64,000 nucleotides of DNA from a virus (Duplodnaviria; Caudoviricetes), in the IMG/VR virus record IMGVR_UViG_3300037419_002279, positions 9,183-73,182 of that record, one strand, 5' to 3'. Made by a program: the position numbers and the translations under genes. Below are positions 1 through 10,903 of the stretch, in pieces. Under the pieces are notes generated by a model. That model was not told where the DNA came from. It saw only the letters and a list, made by a program, of their open reading frames with translations, and made no database searches. Numbering within the stretch: the first letter of the stretch is position 1; the number at the start of each line of letters is the position of its first letter.

Positions 1-2
1 TG

Positions 3-665
3 ACCAGCCAGACGGCGAAATTTGTCCTCGCCGCGCCGACCGGCTCGGCGGGTGCGCCGTCATGGCGGCAACTGGCCGCGGGCGACGTCTCGGGCCTCGC
101 CGCGTCGGCGACGACGGATGCCACCAATGCGGCGAATATCGGCAGCGGCAACCTGCCGGCGGCGCGGATCACGGCGAACCTGTCGTCGGCGATCGATACC
201 GCGGTCGGATCGACGCGCGGCGCGGTGCTCTATCGCGGCGCATCGGGCTGGGCGATTCTGGCGCCCGGAACGTCGGGTAATGTGCTTCAGACCAACGGCG
301 CCGGCGCTGACCCGTCCTGGGCGGCCCAGACCGGCGGCTCGGGCACAGGCACCGTCCCGGTCACGACCGTCGCCGCGTCAGGCACGGCGCAGACGATCAG
401 CTTCCCTGCGGCCGGATCGGTCGCCTACGACGTGACCCTGACCGGGAACTGCACCTTCAGCCTTTCGGGCGGCACGGCGGGCCAGCTTCAGACCATCACG
501 CTGATTCTGCGCGAAGACGCGACCGCAGGGCGCACGATCACCCTGCCCGGCACGATCAAGTGGTCGGGCGGCCTCGCGCCAACCTTCGATACCGGGGCCG
601 GCGCCATCAACATCGTCCGGCTGATGACGCCGGATGCCGGTGCGACGGTCTTCGGAAGCTACTAA
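3..665 (+). CDS. Tail fibre/adaptor protein A1 (5' truncated by window)
   Basis: Frame open from nt 3 ([17 protein letters not shown]...) to TAA 665; near-identical to the C-terminal half of 2875-4005. Confidence 0.75.
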   Translation, partial: TSQTAKFVLAAPTGSAGAPSWRQLAAGDVSGLAASATTDATNAANIGSGNLPAARITANLSSAIDTAVGSTRGAVLYRGASGWAILAPGTSGNVLQTNGAGADPSWAAQTGGSGTGTVPVTTVAASGTAQTISFPAAGSVAYDVTLTGNCTFSLSGGTAGQLQTITLILREDATAGRTITLPGTIKWSGGLAPTFDTGAGAINIVRLMTPDAGATVFGSY

Positions 666-2860
666 TGACCCTGCAATATCTGTCCAGCGATGCCACCACA
701 GGCATCGACGCGACCGGCACGCTGCCGTCCGGCTTCACCGCGCTGTCGGGCACCTGGACCGTCAACAATTCGATTTCGATCAACGGCCACGCGAACTGCA
801 TTTCCTATACCGGCGGCTCGGTCAATCAGGTCGCGCTGCTGGAAGGCCCCGGCACGCTGTCCGGCGTCGATATGTCCTTCTGCCTGCCGAACAATGCGGG
901 CCTGACGGGCAACGCAAACCTCGAACCCTTCGTGTGCGCCAACGCCGCCAACAACAACGGCTATCTGCTGATCATGCTGTTCAGCAGCACGACGGCGGGG
1001 CAACTCTGGCTGTTCCGGCGCGATCCCGGCGGCGACCATCTGATCACCAATCCCAGCGTCACATTGGCCTCGGGATCGACCAACTCCTACACGCTGCGCT
1101 TGCAGGTCCAGGGGGGGTCGGTCCGCGGCAAGGTCTGGTCGACGAATTCTGCGGAACCTGACTGGCAGATCAACACTACCGATTCGACCTATTCGTCGGG
1201 CTATTGCGGTTTCCAATCGAATAACGGCGGCGTGGCAAATGTCACGGCGGCAGACGTCGTTATCAATACCGTCGCCGCCAATCAGGTGATGGTCGATCAG
1301 CCACAGTCGCCGACGGTCAGCACGACATTCACCGCGTCGGGCATTTACTACGGCACCGCCCCGACGGCGATGGACTATGCATTCGACGCAACGACGCCCG
1401 GTTCCTGGGCGGCGATGACTGGCTTTTCGACAACGACGTCGGGCGTGCCCATCAGCGGCGGCGGGCACTGGCAGGGGACCGTCACAGCCCCATCCGCGAC
1501 CGGCCTGCACACCCTTATCGTTCGCGACCACAACACGACCACGGTGCAAGGCGCGTCGGCGTCCTTCACGGCCGTTTCGGGGTCATCGACGATCAGCGTC
1601 ACGACGCCCGGCACGCTGACCCAGAGCGCATCCTACACGCTGGCCGGAACATATACCGGCACGGCACCGACCGGCGTCCAGTACGCCTACGACGGTGGAT
1701 CGTCCTACACGGTCCTGACCGGCTTCAGCGCTTCAGGCGGGACATGGTCGGGCACGGCAACCGCGCCGGCCAGCACGGGATCACACACGGTCACCGTTCA
1801 AGAGACGAACAACACGTCCATCACCGCCACGTCGTCCAGTTTCACCGTCAGCGCGGCGACGACGACGATCCCCGCCGACGGCGGGGCCTTCCACTACAGC
1901 CCCTATAACTGGAACGTCGGCAGCGGCAGGGCGAAGACGATCTGCTGCGGCGCGTACTTCTCGACCGTCTTCACCGGCGGCTCGTGCACGGCAACCTTCG
2001 ACATGACCGGCCTTTCCACGCCGTACCCGCAAATCTGGTATCGTATCGATGGCACCAATTGGTTAAGCGCCTCGATCGCGGCCACGGTAGCGCTGACGAT
2101 GCCGTCGACGACCACCGGCTGGGCCAAGCACCATCTGGAAGTCATCGTCAAAAGCACCTCGGAATGGATGGATCGCTGGAACACTCAGGCGGCCTCGGTG
2201 GCGTTCACCGGCCTGACCCTGGCGAGCGGTCAGACTGCGGCTTCGCCCACAGCATCGCCGCAGCGACGGATTGTGCTGTTCGGTGACAGCATCACCGAGG
2301 GCTATCTGTCGGTGTCGAACACGACCGATACCGCCGGCAGCGATGTCACGGTGACCTGGGGCTACCAACTGCGACATTTGCTGGGCGCCGATGTCAGCGT
2401 CATCGCCTGCGGCGGGCAGGGCATCACGCAAGGCGGACAGGGCAACTGGCCTTCGCTGATCAACGCATGGAATTTCCACTGGTCCGGACAGGCGCGAACC
2501 TACACGCCGACGCCGGACCTGATCGTCATCAATCAGGGGCAGAATGACGGCGCGACGGGATCGGGCTTTCAGTCGCAATACGCCTCGACGTTGAATGCGA
2601 TCCTGGCCGGCATCCCGAACTGCCCGGTCGTCATTCTGATCCCGTTCTCGCAATCCCACGCCTCCGACATCCCCGCGACGGTCACGGCGGTGGGCAACAG
2701 TCGCGTGCACTACATCACGACATCAGGCTTCTTCGATAGCTCGCTGTCGGTTGACGGTGTGCATCCGCTCGGCGTCGCCGCGCTTGATTCGCTGGCCCCG
2801 CAGGTCGCGGAAAAGCTGCGGCCGTTTCTCAACACCAGCAAGCGCTGGTCGTATTCTTGA
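665..2860 (+). CDS. Putative receptor-binding protein B1: lectin-like N-terminus, Ig-like repeat, C-terminal SGNH/GDSL hydrolase
   Basis: ATG overlaps upstream TAA; SGNH blocks [20 protein letters not shown]; Thr/Ser/Gly-rich beta repeats. Confidence 0.8.
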   Translation: MTLQYLSSDATTGIDATGTLPSGFTALSGTWTVNNSISINGHANCISYTGGSVNQVALLEGPGTLSGVDMSFCLPNNAGLTGNANLEPFVCANAANNNGYLLIMLFSSTTAGQLWLFRRDPGGDHLITNPSVTLASGSTNSYTLRLQVQGGSVRGKVWSTNSAEPDWQINTTDSTYSSGYCGFQSNNGGVANVTAADVVINTVAANQVMVDQPQSPTVSTTFTASGIYYGTAPTAMDYAFDATTPGSWAAMTGFSTTTSGVPISGGGHWQGTVTAPSATGLHTLIVRDHNTTTVQGASASFTAVSGSSTISVTTPGTLTQSASYTLAGTYTGTAPTGVQYAYDGGSSYTVLTGFSASGGTWSGTATAPASTGSHTVTVQETNNTSITATSSSFTVSAATTTIPADGGAFHYSPYNWNVGSGRAKTICCGAYFSTVFTGGSCTATFDMTGLSTPYPQIWYRIDGTNWLSASIAATVALTMPSTTTGWAKHHLEVIVKSTSEWMDRWNTQAASVAFTGLTLASGQTAASPTASPQRRIVLFGDSITEGYLSVSNTTDTAGSDVTVTWGYQLRHLLGADVSVIACGGQGITQGGQGNWPSLINAWNFHWSGQARTYTPTPDLIVINQGQNDGATGSGFQSQYASTLNAILAGIPNCPVVILIPFSQSHASDIPATVTAVGNSRVHYITTSGFFDSSLSVDGVHPLGVAALDSLAPQVAEKLRPFLNTSKRWSYS

Positions 2861-2874
2861 CCAAAGGGGCAGAC

Positions 2875-4005
2875 ATGACATCTATCCGCTCGTACGGTCT
2901 GGCTGCCCTGTTGCTGGGGCTGCTGCCGGCGTCCGCCTTCGCGCAATGCGCCGGGCAGCACCGCATCCCGTTCGACTGCGCCACCGTCTCCTCTATCGCG
3001 CCGGGCGATGTCTTCCTCGGCGGCACCGTCAGCAACACCGCGACGGTGAAGTTTACCGCCGCGCAGGTGGCGGGCCTGGCGCCAGTTCAAACGGTGTTCG
3101 GCCGCACCGGGGCGGTGGTGCTGCAAGGATCGGACCTGCCGACCTCGGGCGTCACGCCCGGCAGCTATACGAACGCCAACATCACGATCGACGGGACCGG
3201 CCGCATAACCGCCGCGACGAATGGGTCCTCGGGCGTCCCCGGCTCGGGGACCGTGACCAGCGTCGGACTGACGATGCCATCGGGCTTCACCGTCAGCAAC
3301 AGCCCGATTGTCGATAGCGGCACGCTGGCGGTTTCGCTCTCGTCTCAGACCGCCAAATTCGTCCTCGCCGCACCGAACGGATCGGCAGGCACCCCGACCT
3401 GGCGGCAGCTTGTGGCAACCGATGTGTCCGGGCTGGCAACTTCGGCGACGACCGACACAACGAACGCCGCCAACATCAGCAGCGGCAATCTTGCCGCCGC
3501 GCGGATGTCAACGAACCTGTCGGCTGCGATCGACACAGCGATCGGATCGACGCGCGGGTCGATCCTGTTCCGCGGCCTGTCGGGCTGGTCGCTTCTCGCC
3601 CCGGGCACCGCAGGCCTCGTGCTGCAAACCAATGGTGCCGGTGCTGATCCGACCTGGGTCGCGCAGACCGGCGGCACGGGCGGGCCGGCGACGGTGCCGG
3701 TGACGACGGTGGCAACCTCGGGCAGCGCGCAGACGGTGTCATTCCCGGCGAACGGTAGCGCGGCTTACGACATCACGTTGACCGCGAATTGCACGATCAC
3801 CGTCAGCGGCGGCACCGCCGGGCAGATGCAGCAGATCACGGTGTTTCTGCGCCAGGATGCTACCGCAGGACGGACGCCGACCTTCCCCGCAGGTGTCCGC
3901 TGGTCCGGCGGCGCACCGCCCGCGTTCAACACGACTGCCGGGCGCATCGACGTTGTGACGCTGACCACGCCCGATGCGGGCGCGACGGTCTTCGGGAGCT
4001 ACTAA
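2875..4005 (+). CDS. Tail fibre/adaptor protein A2 (paralog of A1)
   Basis: Gly/Thr-rich fibre-like sequence; ends ATVFGSY like A1. Confidence 0.75.
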   Translation: MTSIRSYGLAALLLGLLPASAFAQCAGQHRIPFDCATVSSIAPGDVFLGGTVSNTATVKFTAAQVAGLAPVQTVFGRTGAVVLQGSDLPTSGVTPGSYTNANITIDGTGRITAATNGSSGVPGSGTVTSVGLTMPSGFTVSNSPIVDSGTLAVSLSSQTAKFVLAAPNGSAGTPTWRQLVATDVSGLATSATTDTTNAANISSGNLAAARMSTNLSAAIDTAIGSTRGSILFRGLSGWSLLAPGTAGLVLQTNGAGADPTWVAQTGGTGGPATVPVTTVATSGSAQTVSFPANGSAAYDITLTANCTITVSGGTAGQMQQITVFLRQDATAGRTPTFPAGVRWSGGAPPAFNTTAGRIDVVTLTTPDAGATVFGSY

Positions 4006-4007
4006 CC

Positions 4008-6773
4008 ATGTCGCTTGTATATCTCTCGAACGACGCGACGACGGGCATCGACGCGACCAACGCGCTGCCGTCCGGCTTTACCCAGACCGGCGGCTCCTGG
4101 TCCGTCAATTCCAGCACGACGTGGCTTGGCCACTCGAAGCAACTGTCTGCCAATAGCGCCGCGAACAATCAGCTCGCCGTTCTGACCGGCGCCGGCACCC
4201 GTGCCGATCAAGAACTGTTCTTCACGATCCCCTACAACGCGGCGACGACCGGCAGCGAGCTATTGGAGCCGCTCGTGCGCATGGACGCCGCGGGCACCTC
4301 GACCGCCTATATGTTCATCCTGCTGTTCGATGCCGGAAGCCCCGCCCCATCCGCAACAAGCGCGCATTTGTGGGTGTTCAAGCGTTCCGGCGGCGACAGC
4401 CTGGTTAACAATTCGTCGGTCATCAATTTCCCGGCCAACTCGACCGCGATCTCCTGTCGTGTTCAGGCTGTCGGGACCACGATCCGCGGCAAGTTCTGGG
4501 CGACGCAGACCGCCGAGCCGACCGCGTGGACCTATTCTTTTACCGACGCCGCCATCGCCAGCGGCTACTGCGGCTTTAACACCAACATCCAGGCCGGCGG
4601 CTTCTCGCCCGGCGCTGCCGATATCATCGTCAATGCCATCACCACCAATCAGGTGATGGTCAATCAGCCGGCGGCGGTCACCACCTCGACCAGCTTCACC
4701 GTGACGGGCGTTTACGAGGGCACCGCACCGACGGCGATGGATTACGCCTTCGACGCGACGGCGCCCGGAACATGGACAGCGTTCACCAGCTTCAGCGCAT
4801 CGGGCGGCACATGGACGGGGACGGCGACCTCGCCGTCCGCGGCGGGCCTGCACACGCTGATCGTGCGCGACCACAACACCACGACGGTGCAGAACGCATC
4901 GCCGGCCTTCACCGTCAATGCGCCGGCGTCGATCACCGTCACCACGCCGAGCACGCTGACGCAGAGCGCGTCCTACTCGCTGTCGGGCAGCTACACCGGG
5001 ACCGCGCCGACCAATGTGCAGTACGCCTATGACGGCGGGTCCAGCTACACCGCCCTGACCGGGTTCTCAGCATCGGGTGGCGCCTGGTCAGGCACCGCGA
5101 CCGCGCCCTCGGCCACCGGATCGCACACGGTTACGGTGCAGGAGACGAACAACACCGCGATCACCGCGACGTCCGGAAGCTTTACGGTGACGGTGTCGTC
5201 AACGATTCAGGTCACCACGCCGGGGACGTTGGCGCAGAGCGCGTCCTATACGCTTTCCGGGACCTATGGGGGGACCGCACCGACCGGGGTGCAGTACGCC
5301 TATGACGGCGGGTCGAGCTACACAGTCCTGACCGGGTTCACCGCATCAGGCGGCACTTGGTCGGGCACAGGAACGGCGCCTTCGACCGCGGGGTCCCACA
5401 CTGTCACCGTTCAGGAAACGAATAACACCGCCATCACCTCGACGTCGGGTAGTTTCACCGTATCGGCGTCGAATGCGATCACCGTCAACACGCCGGGCAC
5501 GGTGACTGCCGGATCGTCCTTCTCGATCAGCGGCAGCTATACCGGCACAGCGCCGACCGGGCTCAACTACAGCTTCAACGGCGGCACGAGCTACAGCACC
5601 GCGTCGGGCTTTTCGGCATCCGGCGGCTCATGGTCGGCGATCGCCACCGCGCCCGGTAGCGCCGGCTCCTATCAGGTGACGGTGCAGGAAGCCAATGCGA
5701 CCGGTGTCACAGCGACCTCGGGCAATTTCACCGTTGCCACCGGCACGATCACCATCGATCCGTCGAACGCGGCGATCATTTACTCGCCGTACACGTGGAA
5801 CGTGACCGCCGGTGCGGCGCAGACCATCAATCCGGGGGCGTATTTCCGCGTCCTGTTCAGCGGCAATACGGTCGGCCTGACGTTCAACGTGGCGAACTTG
5901 TCTTCGCCGCAGTCGCAGATCTGGGCGCGCGTCGATTTCGGCCCCTGGACGCAATACACCGTGGCGTCCTCGATCTCGCTGACGATCCCGGCTGCCACGC
6001 TTGGGAACACCGATTTCCCCTATCACTTGCTCGAAGTCATGGTGAAGTCGACCTCGGAAACGCTGAACCGCTGGAACAGCCCCTACAACACCGCTGTCAT
6101 CCTGACCGGCATCGTGCTGGCCTCGGGGGCCACGGTGCTGCAAGGCTTGCGGGCGCCGCGCAATGTGCTGATCTACGGCGATTCAATCACCGAGGGCGTG
6201 CGCACGGTCGGCGAATCAGCGACCAATGATACCGACCGCAACGATGCCATGACGTCCTACGCCTATCATCTTGGCCGCGTGCTCTTAGGCGCTGAAGTCG
6301 GCGTTGTCGGCTTCGGCGCGCAGGGGATCAACAACAGCGGGTCGGGCAACGTTCCGGGCATGGTCAGCGCCTGGAATCAGCTCTATTCGGGGGCCTCGCG
6401 CAGCTTCACGCCGCAACCTGACATGATCATCATCAATCAAGGTGGTAACGACGGAAACAACGACACCCATGTGAGCATGACGACGATCCTGAACGGGCTG
6501 CTCGCGGCCTGCCCGAACGCCGCGATCGTCGTGACGACGCCGATGCGATCGTCCGGCCAGCCGGCGTTTCTGCAACAGGCGATCGCCGCGTGCAACAATC
6601 CCCAACGCATCCGCTATCTCGATACGATCACCAATCCTTTCTACAATCCGGCGTTGGGCTCGGACACGTTGAACTTCCATCCGAACGGGCCGAACAGCGT
6701 CGCCTTCGTCGCACCGAAATTCGCCGCCGCGGTGAAGGACTGGTTCCCCTCGCGGGGTGCCACGCACTACTAG
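4008..6773 (+). CDS. Putative receptor-binding protein B2: lectin-like N-terminus, expanded Ig-like repeats, SGNH hydrolase
   Basis: IYGDSITEG, NQGGND, DTLNFHP blocks; paralog of B1. Confidence 0.8.
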   Translation: MSLVYLSNDATTGIDATNALPSGFTQTGGSWSVNSSTTWLGHSKQLSANSAANNQLAVLTGAGTRADQELFFTIPYNAATTGSELLEPLVRMDAAGTSTAYMFILLFDAGSPAPSATSAHLWVFKRSGGDSLVNNSSVINFPANSTAISCRVQAVGTTIRGKFWATQTAEPTAWTYSFTDAAIASGYCGFNTNIQAGGFSPGAADIIVNAITTNQVMVNQPAAVTTSTSFTVTGVYEGTAPTAMDYAFDATAPGTWTAFTSFSASGGTWTGTATSPSAAGLHTLIVRDHNTTTVQNASPAFTVNAPASITVTTPSTLTQSASYSLSGSYTGTAPTNVQYAYDGGSSYTALTGFSASGGAWSGTATAPSATGSHTVTVQETNNTAITATSGSFTVTVSSTIQVTTPGTLAQSASYTLSGTYGGTAPTGVQYAYDGGSSYTVLTGFTASGGTWSGTGTAPSTAGSHTVTVQETNNTAITSTSGSFTVSASNAITVNTPGTVTAGSSFSISGSYTGTAPTGLNYSFNGGTSYSTASGFSASGGSWSAIATAPGSAGSYQVTVQEANATGVTATSGNFTVATGTITIDPSNAAIIYSPYTWNVTAGAAQTINPGAYFRVLFSGNTVGLTFNVANLSSPQSQIWARVDFGPWTQYTVASSISLTIPAATLGNTDFPYHLLEVMVKSTSETLNRWNSPYNTAVILTGIVLASGATVLQGLRAPRNVLIYGDSITEGVRTVGESATNDTDRNDAMTSYAYHLGRVLLGAEVGVVGFGAQGINNSGSGNVPGMVSAWNQLYSGASRSFTPQPDMIIINQGGNDGNNDTHVSMTTILNGLLAACPNAAIVVTTPMRSSGQPAFLQQAIAACNNPQRIRYLDTITNPFYNPALGSDTLNFHPNGPNSVAFVAPKFAAAVKDWFPSRGATHY
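4920..5745 (+). repeat. Three tandem ~90-codon coding repeats (ITVTTP...YAYDGGSSY...[10 protein letters not shown])
   Basis: Visible repeats in B2; one copy in B1 near 1585-1855. Confidence 0.85.
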
Positions 6774-6786
6774 CGAAGGACACATC

Positions 6787-7404
6787 ATGCCGCACCCCGT
6801 GACCCCCTGGGCGCACGACAGGCCCGTGCGCAATAACAATCCCGGCGACCTGCGCACGCGCCACACGCCGCCGCCCTGGCCCGGCCAGGTGGACGTTGAC
6901 GATGACCCCGGCGGGCCGTTCGCGATCTTCGCCACCCCGGCCGACGGCTGGGCCGCCCTGGCGCTCTGGTGCCTCGATGCGCGGTACCTGCGCGGGCTGC
7001 ACACCGCCCCGCAGATGATCAACGTCTTCGCCCCGCCCGCCGACAACAACCCGACATCCGCCTATGCGCAGTTCGTCAGCGACCGCGTCGGCGCCGGCGA
7101 CCTGGACCTAACCGATCCGGACCGGCTTGCCGCGCTGTGCCGCGCGATCGCCTGCTTCGAAGACGGGCGCGCATCATGGAATGAACTCGAAGTGCAGTCC
7201 GGCCTGCTGCTGGCCTCTGCCCGCTGGCCGGAATGGAAGGCGGCGCGGCTGGGCGATCAGCCGCCGATGCAGGCGGTGCCGGTGCACGAGCAGACCGCAC
7301 CGCTGCCGGCGGATCCGGCGATCGAGATTGCCGGGCTGTCGGACGCCGACCGGCTGAACCAGGCCGAACTCGATCGGCTGCATCGCGAACAGGGAACGGC
7401 GTGA
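6787..7404 (+). CDS. Putative lysozyme-fold endolysin / virion muralytic protein
   Basis: RNNNPGDLR motif, WAP-like FAPPADNNPTSAY; located after fibres and before a membrane protein. Confidence 0.6.
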   Translation: MPHPVTPWAHDRPVRNNNPGDLRTRHTPPPWPGQVDVDDDPGGPFAIFATPADGWAALALWCLDARYLRGLHTAPQMINVFAPPADNNPTSAYAQFVSDRVGAGDLDLTDPDRLAALCRAIACFEDGRASWNELEVQSGLLLASARWPEWKAARLGDQPPMQAVPVHEQTAPLPADPAIEIAGLSDADRLNQAELDRLHREQGTA

Positions 7405-7866
7405 ATGGACAGCAACCCGATCGTCAACGCGCTGATCAGCCTGGCCTCGTTTGCCGTCAGCATCGCCATCCCGATCCTGCTGCCCGCGCTGCTGCGCCGG
7501 CTGAAGATCGCGTCCGATAGCGACCTAGCACGGCGGCTGGATACCGCGGCGAACGCCGCCGCCGGCCTGGCCTATCAGCAGGCCGCGGCGCGGGCGAACA
7601 GGCTGGCACTGACCAGCGGCCTCGGCGATCCGGGAACGCATGCGGCCGCGGTCAACGCCGGGACCAACTACGTCGTGCGGCACCTGCCCGATGCGATGCA
7701 ACGCCTCGGCGTTTCCGTCCCCGACGTCGCCGAAATGGTGTCAGCGCGGCTCGGCACGCTGCTTGCCGCCGACCCCTCTGTCACCGCCGGACAGCCGATC
7801 GGCGTGCCGCCGCCGCGGGCGGCATCGATCCCGGTCGAACCGGCCGACGGCCATCCAACCGCATAG
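7405..7866 (+). CDS. Membrane protein, possible holin or lysis accessory
   Basis: N-terminal hydrophobic helix LISLASFAVSIAIPILLPALL; follows putative lysin. Confidence 0.45.
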   Translation: MDSNPIVNALISLASFAVSIAIPILLPALLRRLKIASDSDLARRLDTAANAAAGLAYQQAAARANRLALTSGLGDPGTHAAAVNAGTNYVVRHLPDAMQRLGVSVPDVAEMVSARLGTLLAADPSVTAGQPIGVPPPRAASIPVEPADGHPTA

Positions 7867-7879
7867 GGGGTTCATTGCC

Positions 7880-8047
7880 ATGCTGACGATCCTGATCATC
7901 ATCGTGCTGCTGCTCGCCCTCGGCGCGCTGCCGGCCTGGCCGTATTCCCGGTCCTGGGGCTACTATCCCGCCGGCGGCCTCGGCTTGATCGTGATCATAC
8001 TGCTGATCGTCATAGTGTTTACCGGTGTCGGTCCGTTTCGCTACTAG
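7880..8047 (+). CDS. DUF3309-like small membrane protein
   Basis: LGALPAWPYSRSWGYYPAGGLGLI signature. Confidence 0.8.
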   Translation: MLTILIIIVLLLALGALPAWPYSRSWGYYPAGGLGLIVIILLIVIVFTGVGPFRY

Positions 8048-8169
8048 GCCAGGATACGCGCAACGTGTCGGCACCGCCGATCCGCTAGTGACGCGCATCG
8101 AAACCGTTTAGCGGTTCCCAGTCGTTCACAGCCGCGTGATAATGTCCCGATCAGTCGGGACGTTCCCCC

Positions 8170-8616
8170 ATGCCCAATCAGTCAGAGCGTGATGTCCAAT
8201 TATGGTGCGCCGTCGTTTTGCAGGCGCGCGAAGACATCGAAACGCTGCCGATCGGTTCGACCGACTATGAAGCTGCGACGGCATTTCTGACCAGCAACGC
8301 GGCATATTGGCGTCATAGTCGCAATGAAATCGCGGCGCATATCGGGGTCGACGGCGACGCGCTGAAAAAGGTCGGCACCGCCTGGGTGATCGCCCGGCGC
8401 CGCAGCGAAGGTCTGCCGGATCATCCGCCCGTCGTCGCCCCGCGGCCGGCGCCCGCACGGCCGTCACTACGCAGCGCCTGGACGGCGGCGCCGCCGCCAC
8501 GGACGCCGCTGCTGCTACGCGAAGCGCTGAAGGCCGGCCGGCAGCGGACGCCCGACCGCAACCCGTTCAACCCGTTCCGCCGGCAGGTGGAAAATTTCGC
8601 TTGTGCCGACGGCTGA
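8170..8616 (+). CDS. Hypothetical protein
   Basis: 148 aa ORF with coding-like composition. Confidence 0.6.
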   Translation: MPNQSERDVQLWCAVVLQAREDIETLPIGSTDYEAATAFLTSNAAYWRHSRNEIAAHIGVDGDALKKVGTAWVIARRRSEGLPDHPPVVAPRPAPARPSLRSAWTAAPPPRTPLLLREALKAGRQRTPDRNPFNPFRRQVENFACADG

Positions 8617-8823
8617 CCGCCCTGATCACTGATGACCGGTTACAGACCGGCACCGAGGCACTGTGATCAATACACACCGGCCCTGTAGACCGATGCGCGC
8701 ACCTTACGCGTATGAAACAGATAACGCAAGGGGCCGGTAAGATTTCGCTTGAAATCGACCATCGCGCCATCGATGATCCCTGTGTCTGACTGGCGTAAAC
8801 GATTCCTACCCCAATGCCAATCG

Positions 8824-8852
8824 CCGGCCCCTGTTCCCCGGGGCCGGTTTTT
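8824..8852 (+). terminator. Rho-independent terminator
   Basis: CCGGCCC-N10-GGGCCGG stem followed by TTTTT. Confidence 0.6.
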
Positions 8853-8862
8853 CGTTTGGGGC

Positions 8863-9321
8863 TCATTGCTCGCCGGTCCTGTCGTAGAGGTCGCGCAGCA
8901 GCGGCATGGTCTGATCGATCAGGTCGATCGCCCTACCGCCGGCGCCACGCTTCGCCACGCCGGGGATAGCCAGCAGCCCGGCGCGCAGGTCGGCCAGCAT
9001 CAGCATCAGGTCGGCCAGGCTACGCGACAGACTGCCATCGGCGGCCTGCGGGATCAGCACGCGCCGCTGTTCGCGCCGTTCGATGGCGTCGAGCGCTTCC
9101 AGCCCCAGCGGCGTGATCCGGTAGACGGTTTCGGTGTCAGCATACCGCCGGCGGCGCACATCTTCGGCCGGTAGTTCCTCGTGCGTGCGCTTGTCGCGGA
9201 AGACCGCGATCGTCCAGAACTTCGAACTGCACTGCATGACCGGCTGTGCGCCGTGGCGGGGGCAGACCGTCGGGCCGTCCCGGCGTAGCGTTTCCAGCCA
9301 GCGCCGCTGACCTGCCGTCAT
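8863..9321 (-). CDS. Hypothetical protein
   Basis: ORF MTAGQRRWLETLRRDGP... Confidence 0.6.
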   Translation of the reverse strand: MTAGQRRWLETLRRDGPTVCPRHGAQPVMQCSSKFWTIAVFRDKRTHEELPAEDVRRRRYADTETVYRITPLGLEALDAIERREQRRVLIPQAADGSLSRSLADLMLMLADLRAGLLAIPGVAKRGAGGRAIDLIDQTMPLLRDLYDRTGEQ

Positions 9322-9350
9322 GCGGTCTGTCACCACAGGGGATATCTTGT

Positions 9351-9569
9351 ATGGCATGGACGGGGACTCGCCGCGAGGACGGCGCGCAGGTGGTGTTGCT
9401 GACCGTTGTCCCGCCGACCTGGGGCGCGCGCGGCCCGCACGGACACGTCGTCAGGGAATGCCCGTGCTGCGGCGATCAGATCCGCACCCGCGAGGTGGCG
9501 CAGGCGATCGCCGACTTCGTGTTTCCGCGGCCGAATCATGACCGGCACTATAATCGGGCGGCGTCGTGA
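9351..9569 (+). CDS. Small hypothetical protein with CPCC motif
   Basis: MAWTGTRRE...ECPCCGD. Confidence 0.5.
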   Translation: MAWTGTRREDGAQVVLLTVVPPTWGARGPHGHVVRECPCCGDQIRTREVAQAIADFVFPRPNHDRHYNRAAS

Positions 9570-9702
9570 GCGTCCTCTGCTTCTTCTTCCCGTGCCGGTG
9601 GGTCCATGTCGACGCCGGCATCTGGCAGTGCCGACGGTGTAAGACCTGTTCATCCGGGCGCGTCCCGGCGCGGTCGCAATGTCCGCCGCAGCCGCATCTG
9701 CC

Positions 9703-9918
9703 TCATTGATGCGCGGCCGCCCCGTAGTTGCGCACGGGGAAGAATGTCGCCCGATGGCCGTAGGTCCCGAGGCCGAGGACCAGGAACAGCGAAATCGCCA
9801 CCGACGCGGCCAGGAACAGCGCCATCGCCGCGTTGTCGCTCAGTGTCAGGCCAGTCGCGAGACACGCCGCCATCAGTAGGGCCGCGACCGCCAAGGCCAG
9901 CAGCATCCACATGCGCAT
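9703..9918 (-). CDS. Small two-helix membrane protein
   Basis: Two hydrophobic segments. Confidence 0.5.
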   Translation of the reverse strand: MRMWMLLALAVAALLMAACLATGLTLSDNAAMALFLAASVAISLFLVLGLGTYGHRATFFPVRNYGAAAHQ

Positions 9919-9948
9919 CCCTCGACCGCAGATCAGGAGCATACCGCT

Positions 9949-10239
9949 ATGAGCGACCGGAAACCCCTATTCCCGGCCCGGCCGGGTGACGACGTCGTGA
10001 CCGCGCCGCCACCGCCGCCACCGCCGTCAGCCCCGTCCCCGCCGCCGGCCCCGACGATCGATACCGAGATGGCCGGGCGGATCGAGCGCGCCGTCATCGA
10101 CGTCTTCATGCGGCGGTTCAACCCGGAACGCCTGCCCTATGCCCAAGCCCGGATCCTGGTGACGCTCGAACTCGAAATCGTCAGCGTGCTTGTCCGGGAA
10201 CTGGCGACGACGCCGGCGTCACGGGCGGCCCCCCCCTGA
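9949..10239 (+). CDS. Pro-rich hypothetical protein
   Basis: GGAG RBS, 96 aa ORF. Confidence 0.55.
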   Translation: MSDRKPLFPARPGDDVVTAPPPPPPPSAPSPPPAPTIDTEMAGRIERAVIDVFMRRFNPERLPYAQARILVTLELEIVSVLVRELATTPASRAAPP

Positions 10240-10329
10240 GGCGCGTCAGCAGGCGGCGCTTATGCAAATTATGAAAGTTAATTCTAATCGAACGTTTTGC
10301 CCGTACGGCAAAACTGCATAGGAGCCGCT

Positions 10330-10563
10330 ATGAGCGACAAGCCGGTAACCCCAACGACCGCCTGCCCCATCGCCACGGCGGTTGCTGCCGACGTTCTCGC
10401 GCGCGCAGAGCGCGGCCTTAAGAAGTATGGCGTCCCGTTGTCGCGCACGGACCTGTCGCGTGCAGAATGGTTGCAACATCTCTACGAAGAGTTGCTCGAT
10501 GCCGCTGCTTATACGCGGACCTTGATCGAGTTGGAAAAAGCCAATGTCACCAACAAAGCCTGA
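10330..10563 (+). CDS. Small phage protein, MazG-like/NTP pyrophosphohydrolase-like helical family
   Basis: GLKKYGVPLSRTDLSRAEWLQHLYEELLDAAAY motif; GGAG RBS. Confidence 0.55.
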   Translation: MSDKPVTPTTACPIATAVAADVLARAERGLKKYGVPLSRTDLSRAEWLQHLYEELLDAAAYTRTLIELEKANVTNKA

Positions 10564-10780
10564 ATCAATGGCGACGGTCACTGTTCCGTCCGGAAACGGT
10601 CGATTGAGCCGCGCCGTAAAGCCGCATAGGAGGCGATAATCGCAGCCTTGCAATCCCGTTCCGCCGGTTCATCCATCGCATGCCCCCTCTGATGTATTTG
10701 TTGGCCGATGCAGGCTATTGGATACCCTTGTGTAAAGTTGTTATCTGTGCTTCTGTTCCTCTGGAACCGGAGTATGCGAC

Positions 10781-10891
10781 ATGAAGGCGTTGCTCTTGGC
10801 TATCGCGCTACTTGCCGGCATTGGCGTCGGCGCGACGATCTACATCGGAATACAACCGGCGCATGCGGAATGCGGCGGCCCGAACTGCTGA
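10781..10891 (+). CDS. Secreted-peptide precursor 1 (36 aa; predicted mature ECGGPNC)
   Basis: MKALLLAIALLAGIGVGATIYIGIQPAHA-ECGGPNC; translated by hand, absent from the ORF track. Confidence 0.85.
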   Translation: MKALLLAIALLAGIGVGATIYIGIQPAHAECGGPNC

Positions 10892-10903
10892 TAGGCCCAT
10901 GCC

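Noticed and set aside
10246-10653. Minus-strand 135 aa ORF as receptor for the peptides
   Set aside because: Antisense to the convincing 10330-10563 gene; no TPR, sensor or HTH motifs
10871-10888. Resemblance of the CxGPNC ring to the oxytocin ring CYIQNC
   Set aside because: Only ring size and the terminal N-C match; six residues give no evidence of homology or mimicry
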